Source of the DNA: Chitinophagales bacterium
Lineage (GTDB): Bacteria > Bacteroidota > Bacteroidia > Chitinophagales > BACL12
DNA length: 64,000 bases
Assembly: GCA_041751015.1 (NCBI GenBank)
Contig: JBGSYF010000029.1
Span: forward strand, 64,476 to 128,475
Reading direction: 5' to 3'
In this document: positions 9,438-18,902 of the stretch, in pieces
How positions within the stretch are numbered: position 1 is the first letter of the stretch
Layout: every line of letters begins with the position of its first letter
Made by a program: the position numbers and the translations under genes
The notes under the pieces: model-generated
What the model saw: the letters and a program-made list of their open reading frames with translations, nothing else
Told to the model about the DNA's origin: nothing
The model's database searches: none

Positions 9438-10532
9438 ATGAAATATTTCATATTTTTTGTACTGATTTTGATCAGCGCGGGGCGAGTTAGCCTGTTTGCT
9501 CAGGAGTCGTCCATGAGTGTCCAGGAGTTTATGGAACAGTACCCAGACAGGGTTTCGCTTTTCCTGCAGGTGGAGGATGAAGCGTATGCCGATCAAAAAC
9601 CCAACCAGGTTCTGCCTCTGGCCAGCACCATCAAGATGCTTCTTGTGGCTGATGCGATGCAAATGTTGAGCCGGGGCGAGCTGGATAAAGATTTAAAGAT
9701 TCCTCTGGAAAGTTTGGAGCGATTTCATCTGCCGGGGACGGATGGGGGTGCGCATATGGCATGGCTCGCAGGGCTTGAGCAAGAAGCGTCCGCCGTTCCG
9801 GAATTGGTGGATTTTCCACAACTGTTTCGAGGGATACTGATGTACAGCTCTAACGCCAACACAGAATTTCTGATTCGCCTGATGGGAAGGGAGCGCATGG
9901 AAACGCTGGCGGAGCGATGGGAAGTCGATCTCAGCACAGCCCCCTACCCCTTTGTCGGCTCCATCCTCATTCCGCAGTATTTGCAAGACAATGAGCAAGT
10001 GCCTCAGAAAGATTTGCCATCGGCATTGCGCGCTCTGAGTGCGGATGGCTATGCTGACCTTGCCTGGGCTATGTCGGATTCGCTGGCTATGGATGAGCAG
10101 TCCGCGATCAAGGAAAACTTTAAGCTCAGTGGCCTGGCCGCTCAAAAAGTCTGGAGCGAGCGTCTGGTGGGCAGCAGCGCCCGGCAATGGGCTGATCTGG
10201 CTTTTCGCTTCAATCGCCGAAGTGCTTTGAGTCCTTATGAACAAGAGAACCTGATCAAAACGCATGAGTTTATCATGCAAAGTCCGGGAAATCAGAGATT
10301 GTATCAACATGCCGGTTTAAAAGGGGGATCTACAGGCTTTTTACTGAGCCAATGCGCATATGCCACAACTCTGGAAGGCGAGCGTATAGAACTGGTTTAC
10401 TTTCTCTTCAATTTGAATCCTCTGGAGGTTAGGCTGCTCAGCCAAAAACTGAACGACTTTGACGCAGCCATCCTCAGCGACGCCAGTGCTCGGGAGGAGT
10501 TGGCAAAACTTTTCCCCCCGGACAACGAGTGA
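9438..10532 (+). CDS. Secreted serine hydrolase, class-A beta-lactamase-like fold
   Basis: 364 aa with a signal peptide. SxxK 'ASTIKM', SxN-like 'YSSNANTE', and KTG-position 'LKGGSTG'. Confidence 0.7.
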   Translation: MKYFIFFVLILISAGRVSLFAQESSMSVQEFMEQYPDRVSLFLQVEDEAYADQKPNQVLPLASTIKMLLVADAMQMLSRGELDKDLKIPLESLERFHLPGTDGGAHMAWLAGLEQEASAVPELVDFPQLFRGILMYSSNANTEFLIRLMGRERMETLAERWEVDLSTAPYPFVGSILIPQYLQDNEQVPQKDLPSALRALSADGYADLAWAMSDSLAMDEQSAIKENFKLSGLAAQKVWSERLVGSSARQWADLAFRFNRRSALSPYEQENLIKTHEFIMQSPGNQRLYQHAGLKGGSTGFLLSQCAYATTLEGERIELVYFLFNLNPLEVRLLSQKLNDFDAAILSDASAREELAKLFPPDNE

Positions 10533-10748
10533 GGAGGCCGAAGGGGTTGAGGCACATGATCAGGGAGGACTATGTGTAGATGGGTGTGCATCAAGTGGGC
10601 ATACAGGGCACTTAATATTCTGTTTTCAAAGTGAAACCGGGCGAATTCTATGCCCGTAACACCTTGTATTGTTGGAAATTACAGAATTGAATTAAAGTTA
10701 ACCGTAATCTGTCGGAGATTGATTCCGGCTCTTGCCCACTACCCCAAT

Positions 10749-11168
10749 ATGAAAAAGTTACTGCTCGTTCTCGCCTCTGCCCTACTCCTGAGTATGTCTG
10801 CATGTTCGGTGTCCACTCCGCCGATCGACACCAATATTGCCGGAGAGGCAGCCGGCTTGTACAAAGGCACCATCACCACAGAAAGCGGTGAGGTTTTGCT
10901 GGACGAAGAGGTTGAAATGCACCGCGTAGCCGATGATAAGGTGAGCGTGGACAGCAAACTAGACAACAACAACAATACCCAGGGCCGCTTTTCCGGACTG
11001 GAAATACGATTGATGAGAAGCGGAGCGGTGATTCACCACCAGCTCGGCACCGAACAAGTCAACGGGACCTTTGTCCTGGATGCAGCCATAACCCCGGATG
11101 AACTGCGCATCAATCTGCCCAGTGGTCTGCGCTTCAGCGGAGTTCGCATTAAGAATTACCACGAATAA
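10749..11168 (+). CDS. Hypothetical lipoprotein
   Basis: ORF 10650-11168 trimmed to ATG 10749 ('MKKLLLVLASALLLSMSAC', signal peptide plus lipobox), 139 aa. Confidence 0.65.
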   Translation: MKKLLLVLASALLLSMSACSVSTPPIDTNIAGEAAGLYKGTITTESGEVLLDEEVEMHRVADDKVSVDSKLDNNNNTQGRFSGLEIRLMRSGAVIHHQLGTEQVNGTFVLDAAITPDELRINLPSGLRFSGVRIKNYHE

Positions 11169-11210
11169 GCCTAGCTTGAGATAGAGCGAAACCTTAAGGC
11201 TCACCTTTAA

Positions 11211-11243
11211 AGGCCCTGCCAGCAATGGCGGGGCCTTTCTGTT
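11211..11243 (+). terminator. Rho-independent terminator
   Basis: 10-bp stem AGGCCCTGCC / GGCGGGGCCT with a 6-nt loop, followed by TTCTGTT. It lies 43 nt after the lipoprotein stop. Confidence 0.6.
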
Positions 11244-11294
11244 AAAGCGCAGTTATATTTGCGGAATACCCTTTATCCCTAAAAACCAAACACT

Positions 11295-11687
11295 ATGTCT
11301 ATACAACAGAAATACCAGGCCGTCCTGGATCTGGGAGAAAATATGAACGTCAGCGATGGCTATGTACGCGAAGAGCAGGGAAAGCTGAAATTCGGTGGCA
11401 CTGTACCGACCGCATTTGACAAAAATCTGCTCTGGGATAAGATCAAGGAAATCGGGGGTGAGCAGCCCAAGGATATCGAAGCCGATATCAAGTACAAGGA
11501 GCAGGGTTACTTTGCCCGTCATGAGGTGAAGAGCGGTGACAGCCTCTCCAAGATCGCAGAGCGCTATTACGGCAAGGGAAAGGCTATGAAATACAAGAAC
11601 ATCCACGAATCCAACCGCCAGGTCATCGGTGACAATCCGGATCTGATCAAACCGGGTCAGGTGCTCTTGTTGCCTTTTGTCGATTGA
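11295..11687 (+). CDS. LysM peptidoglycan-binding domain protein
   Basis: 130 aa. C-terminal LysM 'HEVKSGDSLSKIAERYYGKGKAMKYKNIHESNRQVIGDNPDLIKPGQVLLLP'. Confidence 0.8.
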   Translation: MSIQQKYQAVLDLGENMNVSDGYVREEQGKLKFGGTVPTAFDKNLLWDKIKEIGGEQPKDIEADIKYKEQGYFARHEVKSGDSLSKIAERYYGKGKAMKYKNIHESNRQVIGDNPDLIKPGQVLLLPFVD

Positions 11688-11911
11688 GCGGTAGAGGAAA
11701 ATTTAAGGACATCTTGAATCTGGACGGCCATTCCGCCTGAAGTTTTTCCGGAGACTCTCGGTTCTACATCGGGAAGCTCAACGGATTTAGAACCTGATCT
11801 GCGCTGTTGATGGCGGCCATTTCGACCCAATAGTAAGCCGGGGAAAGGGAGCATCTCCCTTCCCCGCTTACTTCAAAACCAAAACACAACCTAAACGCAA
11901 TTCTTCTCAAC

Positions 11912-12736
11912 TCAGCCTTCTTTCAATTCCATGCGTCGGAGCACCGATTCCCTCCAGAGGCGCACTGAGGGCAAAGCCTGCACAGAGTAGGACAAGGAGC
12001 CCTGCAGCAGACCCAGGCAGGCCTGATTCCAATCTACCTCGCGTTGGCCCTCCAGCATTTGTGCGGATGCGCTGGCAACCGCCCCGTCTATGGCACCCAA
12101 CATGGCCAGACGCAGGGCCTGGTGAAAGCTTGTCTCCATTCCGGCCAATTGCGACCACCAGGAAGCACCGCGAAGAGCTATGCGCAATATGGACAAGCTG
12201 CAACGACCCTGTCCCGGCTCCATGGTCAGGCTCCAGGACTGAATGAGCCCCCTCAATTCCGACTGCGTTCGCTCCGCATCGTGTTCGCGATCCAGGCAGC
12301 ACAGCGCCAGGTAGATCAGACCGTATTCGTAGTCCACCAGAGCCCCGGTACTCTGCAGGAAACGCAGGCCCGGAACAGCGAGCAACTCCTTCCAGCGCAA
12401 AGGCAACTCGGGTTCGAGCTCCCTCATCAGCTCCAGTTGAAAGGCCAGTTCATCGGCCTGAGCATCATCCAGATTGCCCTCTCTGAGCACATAGGATTGT
12501 GCAGCTTCCTGAACTTCGAGCAATCCCGAAGACAGGTCCGCCCCTTTGGCCGCAGGACGGACATAGTTGTTGACGTAATTGAGCGCGTCTCTGTAGAGTT
12601 TGGCGCACTGCTCGGGAAGCATGTCCCGGTATGTCGATGGCAGACGGCGGCGCTCGGCCCGGTCAAAGCCAGGTCCCGGGCGATGAGTCACTATGGTGAT
12701 CAGCGCCATCTGTACGGGTTTTTGATAGTCTCGCAT
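11912..12736 (-). CDS. Hypothetical alpha-helical protein
   Basis: ORF 11912-12841. ATG 12736 ('MRDYQKPVQ') is preferred because 12737-12841 is AT-rich and looks like promoter rather than coding sequence. No recognisable domain. Confidence 0.5.
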   Translation of the reverse strand: MRDYQKPVQMALITIVTHRPGPGFDRAERRRLPSTYRDMLPEQCAKLYRDALNYVNNYVRPAAKGADLSSGLLEVQEAAQSYVLREGNLDDAQADELAFQLELMRELEPELPLRWKELLAVPGLRFLQSTGALVDYEYGLIYLALCCLDREHDAERTQSELRGLIQSWSLTMEPGQGRCSLSILRIALRGASWWSQLAGMETSFHQALRLAMLGAIDGAVASASAQMLEGQREVDWNQACLGLLQGSLSYSVQALPSVRLWRESVLRRMELKEG

Positions 12737-12929
12737 CCTACAGTAGTTTTTTTGGTTTTCACCATTTGTGGATAAAATAAATTTCTTTGCTTGAAGTTCA
12801 AACGTATTGAAAGCCCCTCCGCATAGGTAGGAATTCAACATATTAGCTTGAACGGAAACGCAGCATGAGGGTCTGTTTACAGGCTACTTGTCCAGAGCTT
12901 AGCCGTTTTGCCTTATTTTGTTGGTCAAC

Positions 12930-14018
12930 ATGAAACTTACTGACCGACTCTCCGGCGCACTGACGATCAGTGCATTTGTCTTTTTCAGCCTTTCCTCACC
13001 TGGAATTAAAGCACAGGGAACAGCGGGATTTGCCGATGAACGCGGTCAGTTTCACATTTGGGAAAATGGGCGCTCGCAAGTAGTCGAAAGCATAGGTGCA
13101 CTGGAATGGAAGGCCGCACCCGACTATTTGGTCTATCTGGACAACGCAGGCGAACTGGTGTACTTTCAGAATGGCAAGAAGAAAGCACTTGGCGTCATTC
13201 GACCCGAAGAGTTTCAGGCCTGGGAAGGATTTGTGCTCTATAAGGTGCGCGGTCAGATCAGCTTGTACCACCAGGGAACCAAACACCGTCTGGGCATACT
13301 CAGCAATCCCAGTGTGGCGGTCGGCGACAGCATAGCCGGTTTTCACGACCACACAGGAGCTTTATATGTATTTTACAGGGGCCAATTCAAACAACTGGAA
13401 ATCCTTCCCACCGACAGCCTGAGGGCCGGGGTGAATGTGCTCTGCTACCGCGATCAGCAACAGCGATTTCGCGCGTTCTGGAATGGAAAGACCGGAACGC
13501 TGGACGTACAAACTCCACAGAGGATAGCCGTCGGCGGCGATTTGGTGGCCTGGACCGATCCCTTCGACCGTCTTAAAATCTTCTATCGGGGCAAGACTTC
13601 CGAGCCGGAGTTTGGCTATCAGGTTCAGTCTTTGTATGCCGGGCGCGGATGGGCGGCCTGGACAGACGACCGCGAAGAGCTCTTTGGCTGGCATCAGGGA
13701 AAGACCATGCGGTTGCTCAATGAGCCTCCGGTGCAGTATGGCTCAGAAGATTTTCTGTTCTGGTTTACCGACAGAAACGGATACTTAAAAGTGTTCTACG
13801 AAGGCGAGCTCATCGTCCTGGAATCCTTCGCCCCAAAACAGATAAAAGCTTATGGAAGGGTCTTGGTCTACACCGAACTGGACGGGCGCCTTCGCGCCTT
13901 TTACAAAGGAGAGCGCATCTCGGTCAGCGATCAGATTGTCCTGAACTTTGACCTGGTGGGCGATCTGATCTCCTGGTCGGAAAGACCCTTTGTGATGAGT
14001 TTCTTCCGCCGCGACTGA
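12930..14018 (+). CDS. Secreted repeat protein (nine ~36-aa beta-hairpin-like repeats), function unknown
   Basis: ATG 12930 gives the signal peptide 'MKLTDRLSGALTISAFVFFSLSSPGIKAQG'. The motif [FY]x.G....L recurs nine times (listed in the findings entry for 12930-16362). The gene ends 28 nt before pbpC. Confidence 0.7.
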   Translation: MKLTDRLSGALTISAFVFFSLSSPGIKAQGTAGFADERGQFHIWENGRSQVVESIGALEWKAAPDYLVYLDNAGELVYFQNGKKKALGVIRPEEFQAWEGFVLYKVRGQISLYHQGTKHRLGILSNPSVAVGDSIAGFHDHTGALYVFYRGQFKQLEILPTDSLRAGVNVLCYRDQQQRFRAFWNGKTGTLDVQTPQRIAVGGDLVAWTDPFDRLKIFYRGKTSEPEFGYQVQSLYAGRGWAAWTDDREELFGWHQGKTMRLLNEPPVQYGSEDFLFWFTDRNGYLKVFYEGELIVLESFAPKQIKAYGRVLVYTELDGRLRAFYKGERISVSDQIVLNFDLVGDLISWSERPFVMSFFRRD

Positions 14019-14046
14019 GCGGGTCCATCAACCAAGCCAGGGCATC

Positions 14047-16362
14047 ATGAGAACAGCAGGTCATCGAACATGGCGCGCTCGGACGCTACTGCCACTGCTG
14101 CTGTTCGGGCCTGTGCTTCTGTTCTTTCTCCTCAATCTTCTCTTCCCCTTTGAGCCGGAGATCTCCTGGTCGCGAGAGGTTCTGGATAGGCAGGGCGAAA
14201 TGATCCACGCCAGCCTGAGCGAAGACGACAAGTGGCGCTTATACGCAGACTTATCAAATATAAGTCCAGACTTTGTAAAAGCCATACTGCACAAAGAGGA
14301 TCGCTGGTTTTACTACCACCCCGGAGTCAACCCCCTGGCCATGGGCCGGGCACTTTTCAACAACAGCATACGGGGGCGGCGCAGCTCAGGCGCATCGACC
14401 GTACCCATGCAGGTGGCCCGCTTGCTGGATCCCGCGCCGAGAACCTATGCCAGCAAAGTGAGGGAGATCTTTCGGGCCCTGCAATTGAGCATGCTCTACA
14501 GCAAGTCGGATGTTCTGGAGCTCTACCTCAACCTCTTGCCCTATGGAGGCAATGTCGAAGGGATACGCAGCGCTGCCCTGCTTTACCTGAACAAGAGTAC
14601 CGCCCAGCTCAGCCCTGCCGAGATCAGCGCTCTGTGCATCATTCCCAACCGGCCTATATCGCTCAGGCCGGGCCGCCACAATGAAGCTCTGCTCGAGGCG
14701 CGGAACGAATGGCTTCATCGTTTTGCCGCGCGCGGAATCTTCGATGAAGAAGAGCTGCTGGTGGCGCTACAGGAACCCTTCGAACCGATAAGAAGAGCCA
14801 TGCCCCGGGAGGCGCCGCATCTGGCCAGGCGTCTTTTGCAGGAGCATCCGGGGGAAAGGGTGCTGATCAGCACCCTGGATGGGCAAACGCAGAAAACAGC
14901 AGCGCGAATGATCCAAAATCACGTGGAGCGCTTCAGGCCCTATGGTATTCAAAACGCCTGCGTGCTGGTCCTGGACAACGCCACGGCAGAGGTACTGGCC
15001 TATGTTGGCTCTGCCGACTTCCACGACCAACGCGATGCGGGTCAGGTGGATGGGCTGCGGGCGCTCAGATCTCCGGGCTCAGCGCTCAAGCCCCTCCTCT
15101 ATGCCCTGGCCATGGACAGCGGACTGATCACTCCACAGAGTGTGCTGCTGGATGTTCCCGTTCAGTATGGCAACTACCGGCCCCTGAATTTTGACCGGGA
15201 GTTCGCCGGCACAGTGAGCGCGGCCCACGCCCTGGCCCATTCCCTGAACATACCGGCCGTGCGCCTGCTGAACGACTATGGTCCGGAGCAGTTTCGCGAG
15301 CGGCTGGAAAAAGCCGCCTGTCCTTCGCTGCGGCAACAAAAGGGCGCTGTAGGTTTATCCATGGTGCTGGGCGGCTGCGGAATACGCCCCGAAGAACTCG
15401 GTGTTTTGTATATGTCTATGGCGAATGGAGGCCGGATTCAGGCCCCGCGCTATATCCTTGATCAACAACCCGCCCGAGACAGCAGCCGCCTGATGTCCGA
15501 AGCAGCGGCCTGGGCCATCGGGGACATGCTCAGCCGCCTGAGCCGTCCGGATATGCCCCTGGGTCTGCAGCGCACAGAAGGCCTGCCCCTGATTGCCTGG
15601 AAGACGGGCACCAGCTACGGCCGCCGGGATGCCTGGAGCCTGGGTTACAATGCGCGTTACACCATCGCGGTGTGGACGGGCAATTTTTCGGGCCAGGGTG
15701 TGGAAGAACTCACCGGGGCCGGTGTCTCCGCACCCCTGCTCTTCGATCTGTTTCAAGCCATCGATCATCGGGCGGGAAAGGACTGGCAAGCCATGCCCGA
15801 AAGTTTGCAGTTCCGCTACGTCTGTTCGCAGAGCGGGCGCGTGCCCGCTGAGTTTTGCACCGAATTGATCATGGATTACTACCTGCCCCTGATCAGCCCG
15901 GCGGCGGCTTGCGCACACATGCGAACCATACACTGCGATGCTCAACATACCATGTCTTATTGTATGGATTGCCGGCCCGCACAGGGATACGCACTACTGG
16001 AGTTACCCAATCTGGATCCCGCCCTTCAGGAATGGTACCGGACTCAAGGCATTGCTTTTGCGAGCATTCCCCCGCACAATCCCAAATGTGAGCGGGTGTT
16101 TGGCGGGCAGGCCCCCACGATAGTCTCTCCGGTGGAAGGCTATACCTATCTGCGCCATGCCGGATCCGGCAAGATTGCGCTGCAAGGTCATAGTGCTTCG
16201 GAAGTTCAGTACTTGCACTGGTACGTCAATGATGTGCATCAGGGCAGTGCAATACCGGGAGAGTCTCTGTTCTTTGAGCCCAGGCCGGGCCGCAACAAGG
16301 TTTCGGTGGCCGATGATCTGGGGCGCACCCGCAGCATCTGGATAGAGGTGGAATCTCTGTGA
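14047..16362 (+). CDS. pbpC: Penicillin-binding protein 1C (bifunctional glycosyltransferase/transpeptidase)
   Basis: 771 aa. GT51 motifs 'EDRWFYYHPGVNP' and 'GASTVPMQVARL'. Transpeptidase motifs SxxK 'SPGSALKP' and KTG 'WKTGTS'. Includes the PBP1C-type C-terminal domain. Confidence 0.92.
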   Translation: MRTAGHRTWRARTLLPLLLFGPVLLFFLLNLLFPFEPEISWSREVLDRQGEMIHASLSEDDKWRLYADLSNISPDFVKAILHKEDRWFYYHPGVNPLAMGRALFNNSIRGRRSSGASTVPMQVARLLDPAPRTYASKVREIFRALQLSMLYSKSDVLELYLNLLPYGGNVEGIRSAALLYLNKSTAQLSPAEISALCIIPNRPISLRPGRHNEALLEARNEWLHRFAARGIFDEEELLVALQEPFEPIRRAMPREAPHLARRLLQEHPGERVLISTLDGQTQKTAARMIQNHVERFRPYGIQNACVLVLDNATAEVLAYVGSADFHDQRDAGQVDGLRALRSPGSALKPLLYALAMDSGLITPQSVLLDVPVQYGNYRPLNFDREFAGTVSAAHALAHSLNIPAVRLLNDYGPEQFRERLEKAACPSLRQQKGAVGLSMVLGGCGIRPEELGVLYMSMANGGRIQAPRYILDQQPARDSSRLMSEAAAWAIGDMLSRLSRPDMPLGLQRTEGLPLIAWKTGTSYGRRDAWSLGYNARYTIAVWTGNFSGQGVEELTGAGVSAPLLFDLFQAIDHRAGKDWQAMPESLQFRYVCSQSGRVPAEFCTELIMDYYLPLISPAAACAHMRTIHCDAQHTMSYCMDCRPAQGYALLELPNLDPALQEWYRTQGIAFASIPPHNPKCERVFGGQAPTIVSPVEGYTYLRHAGSGKIALQGHSASEVQYLHWYVNDVHQGSAIPGESLFFEPRPGRNKVSVADDLGRTRSIWIEVESL

Positions 16363-16471
16363 AAACGCAATCAGCCTAAAAACCCGGCAGATCATGGCGT
16401 AAAATCGCTTGTTGAAGCTGTTCTGCGTAGTTTTAAGCTCTGCCTGTTGCGAACTTTAGCCTGTATACGCT

Positions 16472-17599
16472 ATGGCGGAAGTTCATCAAATCTGTTCTAT
16501 GCCCCTGGATACCGCCTCTGTTCTGAAAGCTCTCGGCTTTGTCGATGATCCCGATTTGAAACAGGACATCGTAAGTCTGGGTATGGTGAAAGACCTGAGT
16601 GTTGAGGGCAAAGTAGTGTCCTTTACCGTGGAGCTGACCACGCCGGCATGCCCGATGAAGGAGCACATCCGCAAGGCCTGTGAGACGGCCGTCAAGCACA
16701 TGGTGGACAGGGAAGCTGATGTGCGTATTGCCATGACGGCCAGGGTCAGCAGCGCCAGAGATGGTGCTACGGTTCTGCCCGGGGTGAAGAACATCGTTGC
16801 GGTGGCTTCGGGGAAGGGCGGTGTGGGCAAGTCCACCATTGCGGTGAACCTGGCCCTGAGTCTGGCCCAGTCCGGGGCCCGTGTAGGCCTGATCGACGCG
16901 GACATCTATGGGCCTTCTATTCCGATGATGATGGATCTGGAGGGTGCCGTGCCCAGGGTGGTCGAAATAAACGGCAAGCCCTCTATGGTTCCGGTGGAGA
17001 AATCGGGGATCAAGGTGCTCAGCATCGGTTTTATGGTGGACAGCAGCCAGGCGGTGGTCTGGAGGGGGCCCATGGCTTCCTCGGCCCTTCGCCAGTTTGT
17101 TTCGGATTGCGAATGGGGAGAATTGGACTACCTCATATTGGATCTGCCTCCGGGAACCGGAGACATTCACCTGACCCTGGTGCAGACGGTTCCCGTGACC
17201 GGTGTGGTGATGGTCACTACTCCGCAGGAAGTCGCCCTGGCCGACGCGCGCAAGGGCGTGGCCATGTTCCGCCTGCCCAACATCAACGTGCCCGTTTTGG
17301 GGGTGGTAGAGAACATGGCCTGGTTCACACCGGCTGAACTGCCCGACAATCGCTACTATCTCTTTGGTCAGGATGGGGGTCGCAAACTGGCCGAATCGCT
17401 GGACATTCCCCTGCTTGGGCAGATTCCGCTGGTGCAGGGCATCAGGGAAGGCGGTGATCAGGGAAAGCCCGCGGTGATGAACCAGGCCGATCCGCTTACC
17501 CGAAAGGCCTTTGAGGATATGGCCTTTGAGGTAGCCCGACAACTGAGTCTGCGCAATGCCAATATGGCCCCGAGTCAGGCGGTGAGGATGCAGGTTTAG
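16472..17599 (+). CDS. mrp: Mrp/NBP35-family Fe-S cluster carrier ATPase
   Basis: 375 aa. N-terminal DUF59-like domain, deviant Walker A 'SGKGGVGKST', and a CxxC region. An alternative start at ATG 16499 is possible. Confidence 0.9.
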   Translation: MAEVHQICSMPLDTASVLKALGFVDDPDLKQDIVSLGMVKDLSVEGKVVSFTVELTTPACPMKEHIRKACETAVKHMVDREADVRIAMTARVSSARDGATVLPGVKNIVAVASGKGGVGKSTIAVNLALSLAQSGARVGLIDADIYGPSIPMMMDLEGAVPRVVEINGKPSMVPVEKSGIKVLSIGFMVDSSQAVVWRGPMASSALRQFVSDCEWGELDYLILDLPPGTGDIHLTLVQTVPVTGVVMVTTPQEVALADARKGVAMFRLPNINVPVLGVVENMAWFTPAELPDNRYYLFGQDGGRKLAESLDIPLLGQIPLVQGIREGGDQGKPAVMNQADPLTRKAFEDMAFEVARQLSLRNANMAPSQAVRMQV

Positions 17600-17636
17600 G
17601 CCCTGCGTTGGGCCGAAATTCGTATTTTTACCCACT

Positions 17637-17888
17637 ATGCTGGCCAAGATTGATCAGGCGCTGTACGATCGGGTGGAGTTGTCGCTCGACAGCATTCGCC
17701 CCTATTTGCGCAAAGACGGGGGCGATATTGAACTGGTTGAGATCACCCCCGAGTTTGAGGTCGTGGTGAGGCTGGTTGGGGCCTGCGAATCCTGCCCTAT
17801 GAGTTTTATGACCATGAAAGCGGGCGTTGAGGAGAATCTCCGCTCGGCTATTCCTGAAATTAGCGGGGTCAGTGCCATCAATCTCTGA
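17637..17888 (+). CDS. NifU-like C-terminal domain Fe-S assembly protein
   Basis: 83 aa. 'GGDIELVEI...VRLVGACESCPMS...TMKAGVE' matches the NifU C-terminal fold with its CxxC. Confidence 0.85.
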   Translation: MLAKIDQALYDRVELSLDSIRPYLRKDGGDIELVEITPEFEVVVRLVGACESCPMSFMTMKAGVEENLRSAIPEISGVSAINL

Positions 17889-17969
17889 GTGGGCCAAAGC
17901 GGCGCGCCGAGCTGCCAAAATGATGCTTCGGGGGCGCGCACATGGCCTTTCGCCCTATAAAACAGCCCG

Positions 17970-18788
17970 ATGAACAAGTCTCAACTCACTGAATGGATCA
18001 GGGAGCGGCGCAGCTATCTCTGTGTGGGTCTGGACAGCGATATGAGCCTCATTCCCCGGCATCTGCTGAGCGAAGCCGATCCGATCTTCGCCTTCAACCG
18101 GGCCATCATCGATGCTACGGCAGAGTATTGTGTGGCCTTCAAACCCAATACCGCTTTCTACGAGAGTCAGGGCAGCCGGGGCTGGGAAAGCCTGCAGCGC
18201 ACGGCCGAGTACATCGGGGATCAGCACTTCAGGATAGCCGATGCCAAAAGGGGCGATATTGGCAACACGGCCAATCGCTATGCGAGCGCTTTCTTTGAGC
18301 AGATGCCCTTTGATGCCCTGACCATTGCGCCCTATATGGGCAGAGACTCGGTGACGCCATTTTTGGCCCACCCGGAGAAATGGGCCATTTTATTGGCGCT
18401 TACGTCCAATCCGGGCAGTGCTGATTTTCAATTCCTGACGCTGGAAGGGCAGCCGCTCTATGAACGGGTCGTTCAAAGTGCTCTGCAGTGGCCGGATGCC
18501 GAAAGGCTGATGTTTGTGGTGGGCGCCACCCATGAGGAGCACTTCGGGCAATTGCGCAAGATGGCCCCGGATCATTTCTTTCTGGTTCCCGGTGTCGGTG
18601 CTCAAGGCGGAGATTTGCGATCCCTGAGCCTTTCGGGCTTGAATAAAGATGGCGGATTGCTGGTTAATTCCTCCCGCTCTATCATCTATGCCTCGGGTGG
18701 AAAGGACTTTGATCGGGCGGCGGGGGCGGCGGCCAAAGCCCTGCAGGAGGAAATGGCCAGGCTGCTGGAGGAGAGTTCCTTGCTTTAA
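17970..18788 (+). CDS. pyrF: Orotidine 5'-phosphate decarboxylase (type 2)
   Basis: 272 aa. 'LCVGLDSD', 'DAKRGDIGNTA' and 'PGVGAQGG'. Confidence 0.92.
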   Translation: MNKSQLTEWIRERRSYLCVGLDSDMSLIPRHLLSEADPIFAFNRAIIDATAEYCVAFKPNTAFYESQGSRGWESLQRTAEYIGDQHFRIADAKRGDIGNTANRYASAFFEQMPFDALTIAPYMGRDSVTPFLAHPEKWAILLALTSNPGSADFQFLTLEGQPLYERVVQSALQWPDAERLMFVVGATHEEHFGQLRKMAPDHFFLVPGVGAQGGDLRSLSLSGLNKDGGLLVNSSRSIIYASGGKDFDRAAGAAAKALQEEMARLLEESSLL

Positions 18789-18797
18789 AAGTGCAGG

Positions 18798-18824
18798 GGT
18801 TCTGTCCTTTGAAGAACCTTTTTT
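18798..18824 (+). terminator. Rho-independent terminator after pyrF
   Basis: Stem GGTTCT / AGAACC with a 9-nt loop, followed by TTTTTT. Confidence 0.65.
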
Positions 18825-18902
18825 CCACAAGTTTGTTCTCTATTGTTGTATCTGGCCCATTTTGCCCTTGAAGGTGTTATTCGTTCACGTTACCTTGTTG
18901 TC

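Noticed and set aside
16433-17647. 404-aa ORF antisense to the mrp gene
   Set aside because: It mirrors the well-supported Mrp/NBP35 gene on the opposite strand. Its product is His/Arg/Gly/Pro-rich low complexity with no motifs. This is a typical shadow ORF in GC-rich coding sequence.
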